Shown in pieces: positions 48,873 to 59,023 of a stretch of DNA of 64,000 nt (position 1 is its first letter; every line of letters begins with the position of its first letter). The notes beneath the pieces are model-generated. The model saw only the letters and a list, made by a program, of their open reading frames with translations, was not told the origin of the DNA and searched no databases. Source of the stretch: Acidimicrobiaceae bacterium. Lineage in GTDB: Bacteria; Actinomycetota; Acidimicrobiia; Acidimicrobiales; Ilumatobacteraceae. Both the position numbers and the translations under genes were made by a program. The DNA lies in NCBI GenBank assembly GCA_947450115.1, contig CANFUE010000010.1:2101-66100 (forward strand), given 5' to 3'.

Positions 48873-49350
48873 CGCGTAAGTCGATATACAAAGTGGTGTG
48901 GTTCTCTACAAGAGGGCGCACGTCTGTTGGTTTTGCCAGGTCATCTATTGACAGCGTGCGGCCACCACAATCGGTGAACGTTCGTGTTTTTTTCACCTGG
49001 GTGGCTAGGCAGGATCCATTTTTGTCGGCCGGGTAGGCAAAGAACACTCGCCAACCTCGTGTTGGGTCAGTGCCGAGGTGGTCGAGAACGATGCTGCGTT
49101 TGCCGTTGGGGTCGCGCAAGTCGGGGTAAAGCACCGGACCAGACTCTGTGACAGTTTTCGCAACTTGGGTAACTGAGCCCACGCGCAAGGTTTGGTCACC
49201 GAGATTGGTGACGTTCTCGGGATGGCGAGAAATGAGGGAAGCTGCGCCCCATAAGGCCAAAAAAAGCAGGCCAAAAAAGACAATTCCTGCCCCAACGGGG
49301 GCAAAAGCTCTGGCGAGCGGGGACTTGAGCCGAGAAGATGCCACCCCCAT
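48862..49350 (-). CDS. Hypothetical membrane-anchored protein
   Basis: 162 aa from ATG 49350, with an N-terminal TM segment (AGIVFFGLLFLALWGAASLI). The longer ORF to 49731 overlaps the B12-domain gene and was trimmed. Confidence 0.45.
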   Translation of the reverse strand: MGVASSRLKSPLARAFAPVGAGIVFFGLLFLALWGAASLISRHPENVTNLGDQTLRVGSVTQVAKTVTESGPVLYPDLRDPNGKRSIVLDHLGTDPTRGWRVFFAYPADKNGSCLATQVKKTRTFTDCGGRTLSIDDLAKPTDVRPLVENHTTLYIDLRATK

Positions 49351-49401
49351 AGTGTGGCGGGTTAGAAGGAAGATGCCACAACGGCGTAGGGTTTCTTTCT
49401 T

Positions 49402-49803
49402 GTGAAGAGGCCTTACCGAGTTGTCGTAGCTAAACCTGGCCTCGATGGTCACGACCGTGGTGCAAAAACCATTACGCGTGCCCTTCGAGACCATGGATTC
49501 GAAGTCATTTATACGGGTTTGCACCAAACCCCCGAGCAAATAGCAGAGACTGCACTCCAAGAAGACGTCGATGCAGTCGGACTCTCGCTGTTGTCGGGTG
49601 CGCATCTCACCTTGTTCCCTCGCGTGATGGAGGAACTTCGTGCGCGTGACCTTGGTGACATTCTCATCTTCGGTGGCGGTGTGATCCCAGACGCTGACGC
49701 AAGAACTTTGAAAGAGCAAGGCGTTGGCCAAGTGTTCGGACCAGGCTCATCATTGAAGGCCATTTGTGCTTGGCTAGAGGAGACGCTCGACGCAGCGCAA
49801 TAA
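49402..49803 (+). CDS. Stand-alone methylmalonyl-CoA-mutase-type cobalamin-binding domain protein
   Basis: 133 aa. VVVAKPGLDGHDRGAK contains the DxHxxG B12 base-off/His-on motif. Also SLLSGAH and GGGVIP. Confidence 0.85.
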   Translation: MKRPYRVVVAKPGLDGHDRGAKTITRALRDHGFEVIYTGLHQTPEQIAETALQEDVDAVGLSLLSGAHLTLFPRVMEELRARDLGDILIFGGGVIPDADARTLKEQGVGQVFGPGSSLKAICAWLEETLDAAQ

Positions 49804-49864
49804 TTTTCTGAAGTAGTTACATGTTTTTTGCAACCAAGATCTCAATTATTAATAAGGAGTAAGA

Positions 49865-51016
49865 GTGGACCTCTTTGAATATCAAGGCAAACAGTATTTT
49901 GCCAAGTTCGGTATTCCTGTATCAGCTGGTGGCGTAGCAGTCACTGTTGATGAAGCAGTGAAAGTTGCCGAAGCATCTCAGTACCCAGTTGTAGTGAAAG
50001 CTCAAGTGCAAGTAGGCGGCCGTGGAAAAGCTGGTGGCATTAAATTGGCCAACAACGCCGACGAAGTTCGCTTGCATGCGGGAAACATTCTGGGAATGGA
50101 TATTAAAGGCCACGTGGTCAAGCGCATTTGGGTAGAACATGCGTCCGATATTGACGAAGAGTATTACGCATCATTCTCACTCGATCGCGCAGCGAAGAAG
50201 CACCTTTTAATGCTGTCTGCTCAAGGTGGCGTTGAAATTGAAGAAGTTGCTGAAAAAGACCCCGACGCAATTGTGAAGTTGCACATCAACCCTGTTGATG
50301 GGCTCAGTGAAAAAGTTGCTCGTCAGGCAGCAGTCGATGCCAAGATCCCTGCCAAGGCACTCGATGGTGTGGCAAAAATCTTGGTTCAGTTGTACGACTG
50401 CTTTACTGCAGGCGACTGCGACCTTGCCGAAATTAACCCACTCATTTTGAAGCCAAGCGGCGAAGTGCATGCACTCGACGCAAAAGTAAGCCTCGATGGA
50501 AACGCTGAGTATCGTCACCCCGAGTGGGCTGAATACAGCGCAACTGAAGAACTTGACGATCGTGAGCAACTCGCTCGCGAAAAGGGCTTGCAGTACATCG
50601 GTTTGTCCGGAACTGTTGGCATCATTGCCAACGGTGCTGGCTTGGCAATGAGCACGCTCGACGTAGTGAACCAAGTAGGCGGCACTGCAGCAAACTTCCT
50701 CGATATTGGTGGTGGTGCAAATGCCGATCAAATGGCAGCAGCACTTGAAGTAATCAACTTCGACAAAGACGTGAAGAGTATTTTCATCAACATTTTCGGC
50801 GGCATCACACGTGGTGAAGAAGTTGCCAAGGGAATTGTTGAAGCAATGAAGCGCGTCAACCTGCGTGCGCCAATTGTGATTCGCCTCGATGGTACCAACG
50901 CCGAAGAAGGACGTGAAATTTTGGCTTCTGCCGGAATTCCAGAGTCCAAATTAATGAGTAAGCCAACAATGCTCGAAGCAGCTCGTGCTGCTGTAGCACT
51001 TGCGAACGGAAAGTAG
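49865..51016 (+). CDS. sucC: Succinate--CoA ligase (ADP-forming) beta subunit
   Basis: 383 aa with MDLFEYQGK start and an ATP-grasp region. GTG start after AAGGAG. Confidence 0.96.
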   Translation: MDLFEYQGKQYFAKFGIPVSAGGVAVTVDEAVKVAEASQYPVVVKAQVQVGGRGKAGGIKLANNADEVRLHAGNILGMDIKGHVVKRIWVEHASDIDEEYYASFSLDRAAKKHLLMLSAQGGVEIEEVAEKDPDAIVKLHINPVDGLSEKVARQAAVDAKIPAKALDGVAKILVQLYDCFTAGDCDLAEINPLILKPSGEVHALDAKVSLDGNAEYRHPEWAEYSATEELDDREQLAREKGLQYIGLSGTVGIIANGAGLAMSTLDVVNQVGGTAANFLDIGGGANADQMAAALEVINFDKDVKSIFINIFGGITRGEEVAKGIVEAMKRVNLRAPIVIRLDGTNAEEGREILASAGIPESKLMSKPTMLEAARAAVALANGK

Positions 51017-51024
51017 AAAACACC

Positions 51025-51924
51025 ATGGCCATTTTTGTTAACGAGAACACCAAGGTGATTGTCCAAGGACTCACCGGAGGTCAAGGCAAGTTTCACGGTC
51101 TACGTAACCGTGCTTACGGAACCAATGTTGTTGGTGGCGTAACACCAGGTAAGGGCGGTCAAGATGTTGAAGGCATTCCTGTTTTCGACTCCGTTGCCGA
51201 TGCAGTCAAAGCAACAGGTGCAGATGCCTCATTTATTGCAGTTCCACCAAAGGCTGCCGCTGCAGCAATTTTGGAAGCAGCAAAAGCAGGCATCACTTTC
51301 ATCGTGTGCATTACCGAGGGTATTCCTGCCCAAGACGAAGCAAAAGTGTTCAACACACTTCTTCGCGATTATCCAAAAGTGCGTTTGCTCGGACCAAACT
51401 GCCCAGGAATCATTAGCCCAGGGAAATGCAACATCGGCATTACTGCCGGTGAAATTGCAGAATTGCCTTCAGCTAAAGGTCCAAACGTGGGTATCGTTTC
51501 ACGTTCAGGAACACTCACATACCAGGCGCTTTACGAATTGAAGCAACAGGGTATTGGCGTGAGCACTTGTGTAGGAATTGGTGGAGACCCAGTTCCAGGA
51601 ACATCATTTGTTGATTGTCTTGCAGAGTTCCAAAAAGATCCAGAGACGCACGCCATCATCATGATTGGTGAAATTGGTGGGTCGGCAGAAGAAGAGGCTG
51701 CAGAGTTCATTAAGGCCAATGTCACCAAGCCAATGAGCGCTTACATCGCTGGTGTCACCGCACCTGCTGGTAAAAAAATGGGCCATGCCGGAGCAATTGT
51801 TTCTGGCGGCAAAGGTACAGCTCAAGGCAAGATGGACGCGCTGCGTGCAGCAGGCGTACAAATTGGTTTGAACCCTACTGAAGCTGGTTCGCTCATGGCA
51901 GAAATTGTCAAGGGCTTAAAGTAA
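51025..51924 (+). CDS. sucD: Succinate--CoA ligase alpha subunit
   Basis: 299 aa. GHAGAIV contains the phosphohistidine. Also SRSGTLTYQ. Confidence 0.96.
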   Translation: MAIFVNENTKVIVQGLTGGQGKFHGLRNRAYGTNVVGGVTPGKGGQDVEGIPVFDSVADAVKATGADASFIAVPPKAAAAAILEAAKAGITFIVCITEGIPAQDEAKVFNTLLRDYPKVRLLGPNCPGIISPGKCNIGITAGEIAELPSAKGPNVGIVSRSGTLTYQALYELKQQGIGVSTCVGIGGDPVPGTSFVDCLAEFQKDPETHAIIMIGEIGGSAEEEAAEFIKANVTKPMSAYIAGVTAPAGKKMGHAGAIVSGGKGTAQGKMDALRAAGVQIGLNPTEAGSLMAEIVKGLK

Positions 51925-51953
51925 GTCACCAAAGTAATTAGAGAGTTTGAACA

Positions 51954-53438
51954 GTGCCCCGCGCCCTTCTCAGTGTCTATAACAAAACAGGCATTGAGGA
52001 ATTAGCGCGGGGCCTTGTTGCGTCTGGATGGAGCATCATCTCGAGCGGTGGTACCGCTAAAGCTCTTGTTGCTGCAGGCATCAGCGTGACCGATGTGGCA
52101 GACCTCACCGGCGTGCCTGCAATTCTCGATCATCGTGTGGTCACACTGCACCCAAAAGTGCACGGAGGAATCCTTGCCGACACCGCACTGCCACATCATG
52201 TAGCAGATATGGCTGAGTACGGAATTGAATCGATTGACCTCGTTGTTGTGAATTTATATCCGTTTGCTGATAACCCCAGTGTTGATCTCATCGATGTTGG
52301 TGGACCCGCAATGATTCGTGCAGCTGCGAAAAATTTTGCTCGCGTGGGTGTTGTGGTGCACCCATCTCAATATGCACCAGTCCTTGCTGAAATCACTTCG
52401 CATGGAGTTTTGAGCGATGACACACGCCGTGCGCTTTCAGCGCGCGCATTTGCAGCCACTCGCGATTACGACGCAGCAATTGAGCAATGGATGAGTGGAG
52501 AAGAGAAGTCTTCATTGTCTTTGCAGCTAGAGCATGTTTCAGATTTGCGCTACGGAGAAAACCCTCATCAAACGGGTACTTTGTATCGCCTTGAAGGAAG
52601 CCATAGCTGGTGGAATTCTGCCGAACAACTTGGTGGTAAAGAGATGTCGTATCTCAATGTTTTCGATGCCGATGCGGCATGGAAGTTGGTGCATCACTTT
52701 TCTGAAGCTGCAGCGGTTGTAGTGAAGCATGCAAACCCCTGTGGTGTAGCAACTGCACCGACACTTTTCGACGCGTATCAGCGTGCTCATGCCTGCGACC
52801 CTGTGAGCGCATTCGGTGGAATTATTGCCCTCAACCGCGAGGTTGATGAAGCAACTGCTCAAGAAATCTGCAATGTATTTACTGAGGTTGTTGTAGCTCC
52901 GGCGTATTCAGAGTCTGCATTGCAAGTTCTCCAAAGTAAGAAAAATTTACGCATCGTACGAGCAGTCGCTCCACAGCTTCCCGAATACGAACTACGCAGC
53001 GTGAGTGGCGGTGTTCTTGTGCAGACCCCCGATGCGGTGAGTGATCACCCTGCAACATGGACGGTGGCAAGTAGTGCACAGCCCACTCCCGAACAGCTTC
53101 AGCAAGCTGCCTTTGCGTGGAAGGTGTGTGCCGCGGTGAGCTCAAATGCCATTGTGGTCACCCAAAATAATGAAGCAGTGGGTATTGGCGGGGGTCAGCA
53201 AAACCGCCTCGATGCAGCGCGGTTAGCTTGCGAACGAGCAGGAACCCGAGCCATCGGCGGGGTAGCAGCGAGTGACGCCTTTTTCCCCTTCCGTGATGGG
53301 CTCGACATGTTGGCAACTGCTGGAGTTCATGTGGTTGTCGAGCCAGGGGGCAGTGTTCGTGATGAGGAAGTCATTGCGGCAGCAAATGAGCACGGCATTG
53401 TGCTCCTCTTCACTGGCGCACGCCACTTCCGTCACTAA
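51954..53438 (+). CDS. purH: Bifunctional AICAR formyltransferase / IMP cyclohydrolase
   Basis: 494 aa with N-terminal ALLSVYNKTG (MGS-like) and C-terminal FFPFRDG...RHFRH. Confidence 0.95.
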   Translation: MPRALLSVYNKTGIEELARGLVASGWSIISSGGTAKALVAAGISVTDVADLTGVPAILDHRVVTLHPKVHGGILADTALPHHVADMAEYGIESIDLVVVNLYPFADNPSVDLIDVGGPAMIRAAAKNFARVGVVVHPSQYAPVLAEITSHGVLSDDTRRALSARAFAATRDYDAAIEQWMSGEEKSSLSLQLEHVSDLRYGENPHQTGTLYRLEGSHSWWNSAEQLGGKEMSYLNVFDADAAWKLVHHFSEAAAVVVKHANPCGVATAPTLFDAYQRAHACDPVSAFGGIIALNREVDEATAQEICNVFTEVVVAPAYSESALQVLQSKKNLRIVRAVAPQLPEYELRSVSGGVLVQTPDAVSDHPATWTVASSAQPTPEQLQQAAFAWKVCAAVSSNAIVVTQNNEAVGIGGGQQNRLDAARLACERAGTRAIGGVAASDAFFPFRDGLDMLATAGVHVVVEPGGSVRDEEVIAAANEHGIVLLFTGARHFRH

Positions 53439-53447
53439 ACTATTGCG

Positions 53448-54320
53448 ATGGCTCGCATTACGGAACTACTTGCTCGCGGTCATACATTTTCCTTTGAATT
53501 CTTCCCACCCAAGACCGATGCTGCTCAATTATCGCTAGGTCGCACCATTGCGGAATTGGAAACCTTGCATCCAAGCTTCGTGTCGGTGACGTATGGAGCT
53601 GGTGGAAGCACCCGCGAACGCACTCGTGACCTCGTCACATGGATGCGACGCGAAACATCTATTTCGCCGATGGCGCATCTCACCTGTGTGGGTCATACGC
53701 GCGGCGATATTGAAGAAATCCTTCAGGCATATCTAGATGCTGGCGTTGAAAACATCTTGGCCCTGGGTGGAGACCCGCCAACAGATCCTGCCGATGTGCG
53801 CCCCAGCGACTACCAATTTGCTGCCGATCTTGTTCATGAACTGCAAGCAGCTGGTCAGTTCAGTATCGGTGTTGCCGCACATCCAGAGGTGCATCCGCGC
53901 AGTTCATCACGGAGCGAAGACCGTCGATTTTTGGCAGAAAAGTTGCGCGTTGCAGACTTTGCCATCACCCAGTTTTTCTTCGAAGTAGAACACTATGTTC
54001 GTCTTGTAGAAGAACTTCAAGAACTTGGTATCGACAAGCCCGTCATTCCTGGCATCATGCCTGTAACAAATAAAAATCAGGTGCAGCGCATGGCAGAGTT
54101 ATCTGGGGCAGCTTTTCCACAAGAATTAGCTCAGCGGCTTGCCGATGTAGATGACCCAGAAGAAGTACGCCGCATCGGAGTAGATGCTGCAACCGAGTTG
54201 TGCGCCCAATTACTCGATGCAGGTGCGCCAGGGTTGCATTTTTATACGTTGAATCGGTCGAGCGCCACGCGTGAGATCTATGCAAACTTGGGGTTGCCCG
54301 TTGTCGCGGCTACCTCCTGA
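53448..54320 (+). CDS. metF: Methylenetetrahydrofolate reductase
   Basis: 290 aa with SFEFFPPKT and SVTYGAGGSTR motifs. Confidence 0.9.
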   Translation: MARITELLARGHTFSFEFFPPKTDAAQLSLGRTIAELETLHPSFVSVTYGAGGSTRERTRDLVTWMRRETSISPMAHLTCVGHTRGDIEEILQAYLDAGVENILALGGDPPTDPADVRPSDYQFAADLVHELQAAGQFSIGVAAHPEVHPRSSSRSEDRRFLAEKLRVADFAITQFFFEVEHYVRLVEELQELGIDKPVIPGIMPVTNKNQVQRMAELSGAAFPQELAQRLADVDDPEEVRRIGVDAATELCAQLLDAGAPGLHFYTLNRSSATREIYANLGLPVVAATS

Positions 54321-56355
54321 TTCCACGGGTGGTTTGCGCACCCCTGCTGTTGTTCCTTACCTGCCCGGACTCGATGGTCTGCGCGCGGTAGCAGTTGTTG
54401 CGGTTATTTTTTATCATGCCAACCACTCATGGTTGCATGGTGGATTTTTGGGTGTAGAAGTATTTTTTGTTATTAGTGGTTATCTCATCACTTTGCTTCT
54501 GGTAGCCGAGTCGCAACGCACAGGCACAGTGAACCTGCGTGAGTTTTGGTTACGGCGTGCTCGGCGCTTATTGCCTGCGCTGTGGACATTGCTTGTTGGC
54601 ATCACTGTTTATGTTTCGTTATTCAAGCGCAGTGAACTAGGAACACTGCGCGGCGACGTGCTTGCAGGTTTTTTCTATATCTCTAACTGGTTTCAAATTC
54701 ATACCGGGAGTTCGTATTTCAGCGCATTTGCCTTTGCGCCTTTGCGACACCTGTGGTCGTTAGCTGTTGAAGAACAATTTTATTTGATCTGGCCGCTACT
54801 CATGTTTGCGCTGTTGAAATTGGCACGGCGTCGCTTGCCGCTCATCGGACTATGTTTTTTTCTTTCTGCAGTAGGCATAGCAGTATTCACTGCAGTCACT
54901 TATCGCACGGGTCCAATAGCAAGCCCTACAGATACGGCAAATCAGTATTTTTCATTTCTTGGTCGCGATGTAGCGCGCATTGACTTTGTGTATCTCTCCA
55001 CAATCACCCGTGCTGGTGGTTTGTTCCTCGGTGCTGCACTTGGAGTGTGGTGGCGCCCGTGGTACATCGCTCAGGCACGTATTGCTCAGCGATCAGTATT
55101 CGTCGATGCAGTTGGTTTCATTGGGCTGTTATCGCTTGGATTCATGGCCTGGCGTTTTACCAACGTCGTCACTGGAGCAGAAACAGGAAGTCATGGATAT
55201 GACCTTTTGTATCGCGGTGGGTTCTTCCTTGTGGGTCTAGCGACAGTTGCCGTTATTGCAGCAGTAACGCATCCTTCGACTGTCTTGGGAAGAGTTGTCT
55301 TAGGGAACAAGTTATTTGTTTGGCTGGGCGTACGTTCCTACGGTTTGTATTTGTACCACTGGCCCATATTTCAAATTTCTCGGCATATTGCTGGTAACTC
55401 GCTGAGCTGGAGCCGCTTTGCATTTTTGATGCTGTGCACGTTGCTCCTCACTGAAGCTTCATATCGGTTCATCGAGACGCCCATCAGAAAGGGCAAACTC
55501 GGGGTCTGGTTACGAACATGGCACGGCGCAGCTACTGCGGAGCGTCAGTTGCATCGCCGCAAGATGGTGGCTGTTGGCGTTGTATTTTCAATCGCCCCCA
55601 TTTTTGCCATCGCCAATTTGTCAACTGCAAAAGTTGAGCTTGATGCAATTAGCCAGAGCTTGGTAGATGCTGATGGATTCATCACCAACCTCATGCCCAC
55701 CACTGTGCCGTCAACAATTCCTACAAGCTCTATTGCGGGCCAAGTAACAACTTCAACAGTTGCGCCAACAACGGTGCCGGCCGAGCGCATAGACATTTTG
55801 GCAATCGGCGACTCTGTGATGTTGGGGGCTGCTCCCGAACTGACAAAGTATGGGGTAACGGTTGATGCGCTCAAGAGCCGCCCGTTTAAAGCCGCCTTGC
55901 CAATCGTGAACTACGTGAAGTCCATCAATGCTCTGGGCAGCGCTGTGGTCATTCACCTTGGTACGAATAGCGGTACCTCGCAAGAAACGATGGACAGCAT
56001 CATCAGCGTTTTGGCCGATGTTCCCTTGGTGGTGGTGCTCACCAATGCGGTTCCTGAAAAAGACTGGGAAGAGCCAAATAACCGCCTCATCCGGGCCTTG
56101 CCCGATCGGTTCCCCAACGTCCATGTCCTCGACTGGAAAAAGTACGCCACAGAGCACCCAAATTGGCTCTACGACGACCATACCCACCTGCGCCCGTTGG
56201 GTCAACGCAAGTACACCGCGCTCGTTATGGAGGCTTTAGGACGTCCTGGGCCGCAATTTGAAGAGGCGCTCTTATCGGCCCCGGGGCAAACCACGAGCAC
56301 CTCAAGTACGACCTCGACCACCACCGTACGGGCAACGACGACGTCGGTGAAATAG
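54271..56355 (+). CDS. Acyltransferase-3 membrane domain fused to SGNH hydrolase domain (OafA/OatA-like O-acetyltransferase)
   Basis: [16 protein letters not shown] start of the AT3 domain, about 10 TM segments, a C-terminal SGNH-like GDSVM block and a Ser/Thr-rich tail. The start is uncertain. The candidates are ATG 54271, ATG 54280, TTG 54301 and TTG 54334, and only TTG 54334 avoids overlap with metF. Confidence 0.82.
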   Translation: MRSMQTWGCPLSRLPPDSTGGLRTPAVVPYLPGLDGLRAVAVVAVIFYHANHSWLHGGFLGVEVFFVISGYLITLLLVAESQRTGTVNLREFWLRRARRLLPALWTLLVGITVYVSLFKRSELGTLRGDVLAGFFYISNWFQIHTGSSYFSAFAFAPLRHLWSLAVEEQFYLIWPLLMFALLKLARRRLPLIGLCFFLSAVGIAVFTAVTYRTGPIASPTDTANQYFSFLGRDVARIDFVYLSTITRAGGLFLGAALGVWWRPWYIAQARIAQRSVFVDAVGFIGLLSLGFMAWRFTNVVTGAETGSHGYDLLYRGGFFLVGLATVAVIAAVTHPSTVLGRVVLGNKLFVWLGVRSYGLYLYHWPIFQISRHIAGNSLSWSRFAFLMLCTLLLTEASYRFIETPIRKGKLGVWLRTWHGAATAERQLHRRKMVAVGVVFSIAPIFAIANLSTAKVELDAISQSLVDADGFITNLMPTTVPSTIPTSSIAGQVTTSTVAPTTVPAERIDILAIGDSVMLGAAPELTKYGVTVDALKSRPFKAALPIVNYVKSINALGSAVVIHLGTNSGTSQETMDSIISVLADVPLVVVLTNAVPEKDWEEPNNRLIRALPDRFPNVHVLDWKKYATEHPNWLYDDHTHLRPLGQRKYTALVMEALGRPGPQFEEALLSAPGQTTSTSSTTSTTTVRATTTSVK

Positions 56356-56408
56356 GTCGTAGCGCTTCGGCTTGGGAGGCGGAGATGTGCGCCCTACGAT
56401 GGGGGTCT

Positions 56409-57395
56409 ATGACAACCCCCGTACGAGTCGCCGTTACCGGCGCAGCAGGCCAAATTGGCTACAGCCTTTTATTCCGTATCGCATCTGGAGCAATGTTGGG
56501 ACCAAACACCCCCATCATTTTGCAGTTGCTTGAAGTGACCCCAGCACTTGGCGCTCTTGAAGGCGTCAAGATGGAACTTGAAGATTGTGCATTCCCACTT
56601 CTTCAGCAAGTGGTGTGCACCGATTCTGGTGACGTTGCATTCGGCGATGCCGATGTAGCCATGCTTGTGGGTGCAATGCCACGTAAAGATGGCATGGAGC
56701 GTGCCGACTTGTTGTCGGCAAACGGTGGCATCTTCAAACCACAAGGTCAAGCAATTGCTGCGAATGCAAAAAAGAACATCAAGGTGCTTGTGGTGGGTAA
56801 CCCTGCAAACACCAATGCGCTCATTGCAATGAGTAATGCAAAGGGAATGAACCCGGGTCAATTCACCGCAATGACCCGCCTCGACCACAACCGTGCTATT
56901 TCGCAGTTGGGTGCAAAACTCAACAAGCCAGTTTCATCAATTAAGAAGATGACCATTTGGGGTAACCATTCCACCACTCAGTATCCCGATCTTTTCCATT
57001 GCGAAGTAGACGGAAAAAATGCAGCTGCAACAGTCAATGACCAACAGTGGCTCGATGAAACTTTCATCCCCACCGTTGCCAAACGTGGTGCTGCAATTAT
57101 TAAGGCCCGCGGTTTATCGTCGGCAGCTTCTGCAGCGAATGCAGCAATCGACCACATTCGTTCATGGGCAACCGACACTCCAGAAGGCGATTGGGTGTCA
57201 ATGGCAGTTCCTTCCGACGGCTCATACGGTGTTCCAGAAGGACTCATTTCTTCTTTCCCATGTGTATGTAAGAACGGTGAATACAAGATCGTTCAAGGTC
57301 TCGACATCGACGCATATAGCCGAGGAAAAATTGATGCATCGGTTGCAGAACTTGTTGAAGAGCGCGACGCAGTACGTGAACTTGGACTCATCTAA
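56409..57395 (+). CDS. mdh: Malate dehydrogenase
   Basis: 328 aa from ATG 56409 with [21 protein letters not shown] and IWGNHS motifs. Confidence 0.93.
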   Translation: MTTPVRVAVTGAAGQIGYSLLFRIASGAMLGPNTPIILQLLEVTPALGALEGVKMELEDCAFPLLQQVVCTDSGDVAFGDADVAMLVGAMPRKDGMERADLLSANGGIFKPQGQAIAANAKKNIKVLVVGNPANTNALIAMSNAKGMNPGQFTAMTRLDHNRAISQLGAKLNKPVSSIKKMTIWGNHSTTQYPDLFHCEVDGKNAAATVNDQQWLDETFIPTVAKRGAAIIKARGLSSAASAANAAIDHIRSWATDTPEGDWVSMAVPSDGSYGVPEGLISSFPCVCKNGEYKIVQGLDIDAYSRGKIDASVAELVEERDAVRELGLI

Positions 57396-57415
57396 CACAA
57401 TCGAAAATTATTAAA

Positions 57416-58198
57416 ATGTCAGTAGCGGCCCTCGTGAATACCAGCGAGTGGCCGCTTTCTGATTTTCAGACCACTGCGCACTTGCGAGAAATCTTCGAAC
57501 GCGATGGGGTTGTGGTGTTACCAGAGTTCATTGCGCGCGATGTGGTTTTAAAGATGGTGTCGCAAACAGAAGAGTTAGTAGACCTAGCGCACCGTTCGGA
57601 GTCTCGTAAAACTGTGTATTTGAGCAGCCCCGACGAGTCTTTCCCTGTTGGCCACCCACGTCGAACCTTGCAGGCGTCAGCAGTAGAAGTGGTTGCCTAC
57701 GACCACATTCCCGTGCATCATGCAGTGCGTGAATTGTATGAGTCTGATGAACTCATGAGTTTTGTTGCTGGCGTACTGGGGCAAGAAAAGCTTTACCGGT
57801 ATGCAGACCCCTTTGGTGCTTTGAATCTTGCAGTGATGCGCGAAGGCGATCAGTTGGGTTGGCATTTCGATATGACCGACTTTGTGGTCTCACTTGCATT
57901 GCAGCCTTCTCAAGCGGGTGGTGAATTTGAAAATGTTCAAAAAATTCGCCGAGCAGACGATGAGAATTATGAAGATGTGCGCAGCGTATTGTTGGGTAAT
58001 GCACATGGCCGAGTTCGCGTCGAGCCAATGCATGCTGGCACTCTGATGATTTTTAATGGCCGCACATCACTGCACAAGGTGACGCCAATTGTGGGAAGCA
58101 CTTTACGTATCGTTGCACTGTTGGCCTACGACACGCAGAGCGGTACCGACTCTTCTGCTGAATTAAAATTGTCACGTTACGGAAGACTGCCCGCATGA
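57416..58198 (+). CDS. Fe(II)/2-oxoglutarate-dependent oxygenase-like protein
   Basis: 260 aa. HxD in LGWHFDMTD and a distal His in GRTSLHKVTP, spaced as in the double-stranded beta-helix facial triad. No SD before the ATG. Confidence 0.62.
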   Translation: MSVAALVNTSEWPLSDFQTTAHLREIFERDGVVVLPEFIARDVVLKMVSQTEELVDLAHRSESRKTVYLSSPDESFPVGHPRRTLQASAVEVVAYDHIPVHHAVRELYESDELMSFVAGVLGQEKLYRYADPFGALNLAVMREGDQLGWHFDMTDFVVSLALQPSQAGGEFENVQKIRRADDENYEDVRSVLLGNAHGRVRVEPMHAGTLMIFNGRTSLHKVTPIVGSTLRIVALLAYDTQSGTDSSAELKLSRYGRLPA

Positions 58199-58629
58199 AA
58201 TCTGAATATGGAGAAGCATTTGTAGGGGAAGGCGTCAATGCAGCACACATCAACACAGTGCTCGGCAATAGGGAAGGCGCAGTAGGAACCGCATGGGCAA
58301 CAGGGTTAGCTACGCCAAGTGCAGGGCACACACGCTTTGTGGCTGTTGCCGCGCCGAACCAACCACTGCAACCCATGACTCTTTTCGTCAACAAAGCAAC
58401 CATAGAAACTGAGCGTCATGGTGAACTCACTTGGGGCGCTGCTCAATCTGGCGTTTCACGAGGCGTGCAAAAAGCACGCGACAACGGAGTCTTTGGAACA
58501 AATGACCTCCATGAACTCGCGCTCATTGTGGCTGTGTGGGTGAACCCACTAGCCAATGATGCAGCGCAGGTAGAAGAGAATAATGCCGAGGCTACGTATC
58601 TTGCGTTGAAGTCTGGTAATTATTTATAA
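58195..58629 (+). CDS. Formaldehyde-activating enzyme (Fae) family protein
   Basis: 144 aa, colinear with Fae as I recall it: GEAFVGEGVNAAHINTVLG, FVAVAAPN, LFVNKATI, WGAAQ. ATGA overlap with the oxygenase gene. Confidence 0.78.
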   Translation: MKSEYGEAFVGEGVNAAHINTVLGNREGAVGTAWATGLATPSAGHTRFVAVAAPNQPLQPMTLFVNKATIETERHGELTWGAAQSGVSRGVQKARDNGVFGTNDLHELALIVAVWVNPLANDAAQVEENNAEATYLALKSGNYL

Positions 58630-59018
58630 ACGGTGATTTTTGCGACTTCGTCGAAGATGGGGTCGAGCGCAGCAAAGATCTCTTGGCTCTGCAACAGCAT
58701 CTGCGCGTCTCCGCCGATGCGTATTGCACCAGTGATGAAGGCATCTTCAGCAGCCATTTCTCCAGTAGCTACTGCAACTGCAGTTTCCCACTCTTGTTCA
58801 AGTCGAACATGTTCGGGGTCGGCGGGTCCGGCGCCAAACATCACTGCATTGTCTTTGACCTGTAGGTGATACAAGACGGTGTCTTCAGGGCCGTCGCTGA
58901 CCATTTGGGTAATGCCAATGTTGATGGTGGAACCAAGCGACTGTAGGTGGGTATTTTGTGCCGCACGTGCGCTGATTGCTTCAATCCAATCGAGGCTGAG
59001 GTAGCGAACAGGTTGCAT
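58620..59018 (-). CDS. SCP2 sterol/lipid-binding domain protein
   Basis: 132 aa. C-terminal MAAEDAFITGAIRIGGDAQMLL is typical of the SCP2 fold. Confidence 0.68.
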   Translation of the reverse strand: MQPVRYLSLDWIEAISARAAQNTHLQSLGSTINIGITQMVSDGPEDTVLYHLQVKDNAVMFGAGPADPEHVRLEQEWETAVAVATGEMAAEDAFITGAIRIGGDAQMLLQSQEIFAALDPIFDEVAKITVYK

Positions 59019-59023
59019 TGCAA

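Noticed and set aside
49351-49731. Upstream 127 codons of the 289-aa minus-strand ORF
   Set aside because: It overlaps the well-supported B12-binding-domain gene on the plus strand and has Cys/Arg-rich unnatural composition. The internal ATG 49350 begins a sensible TM-anchored protein.
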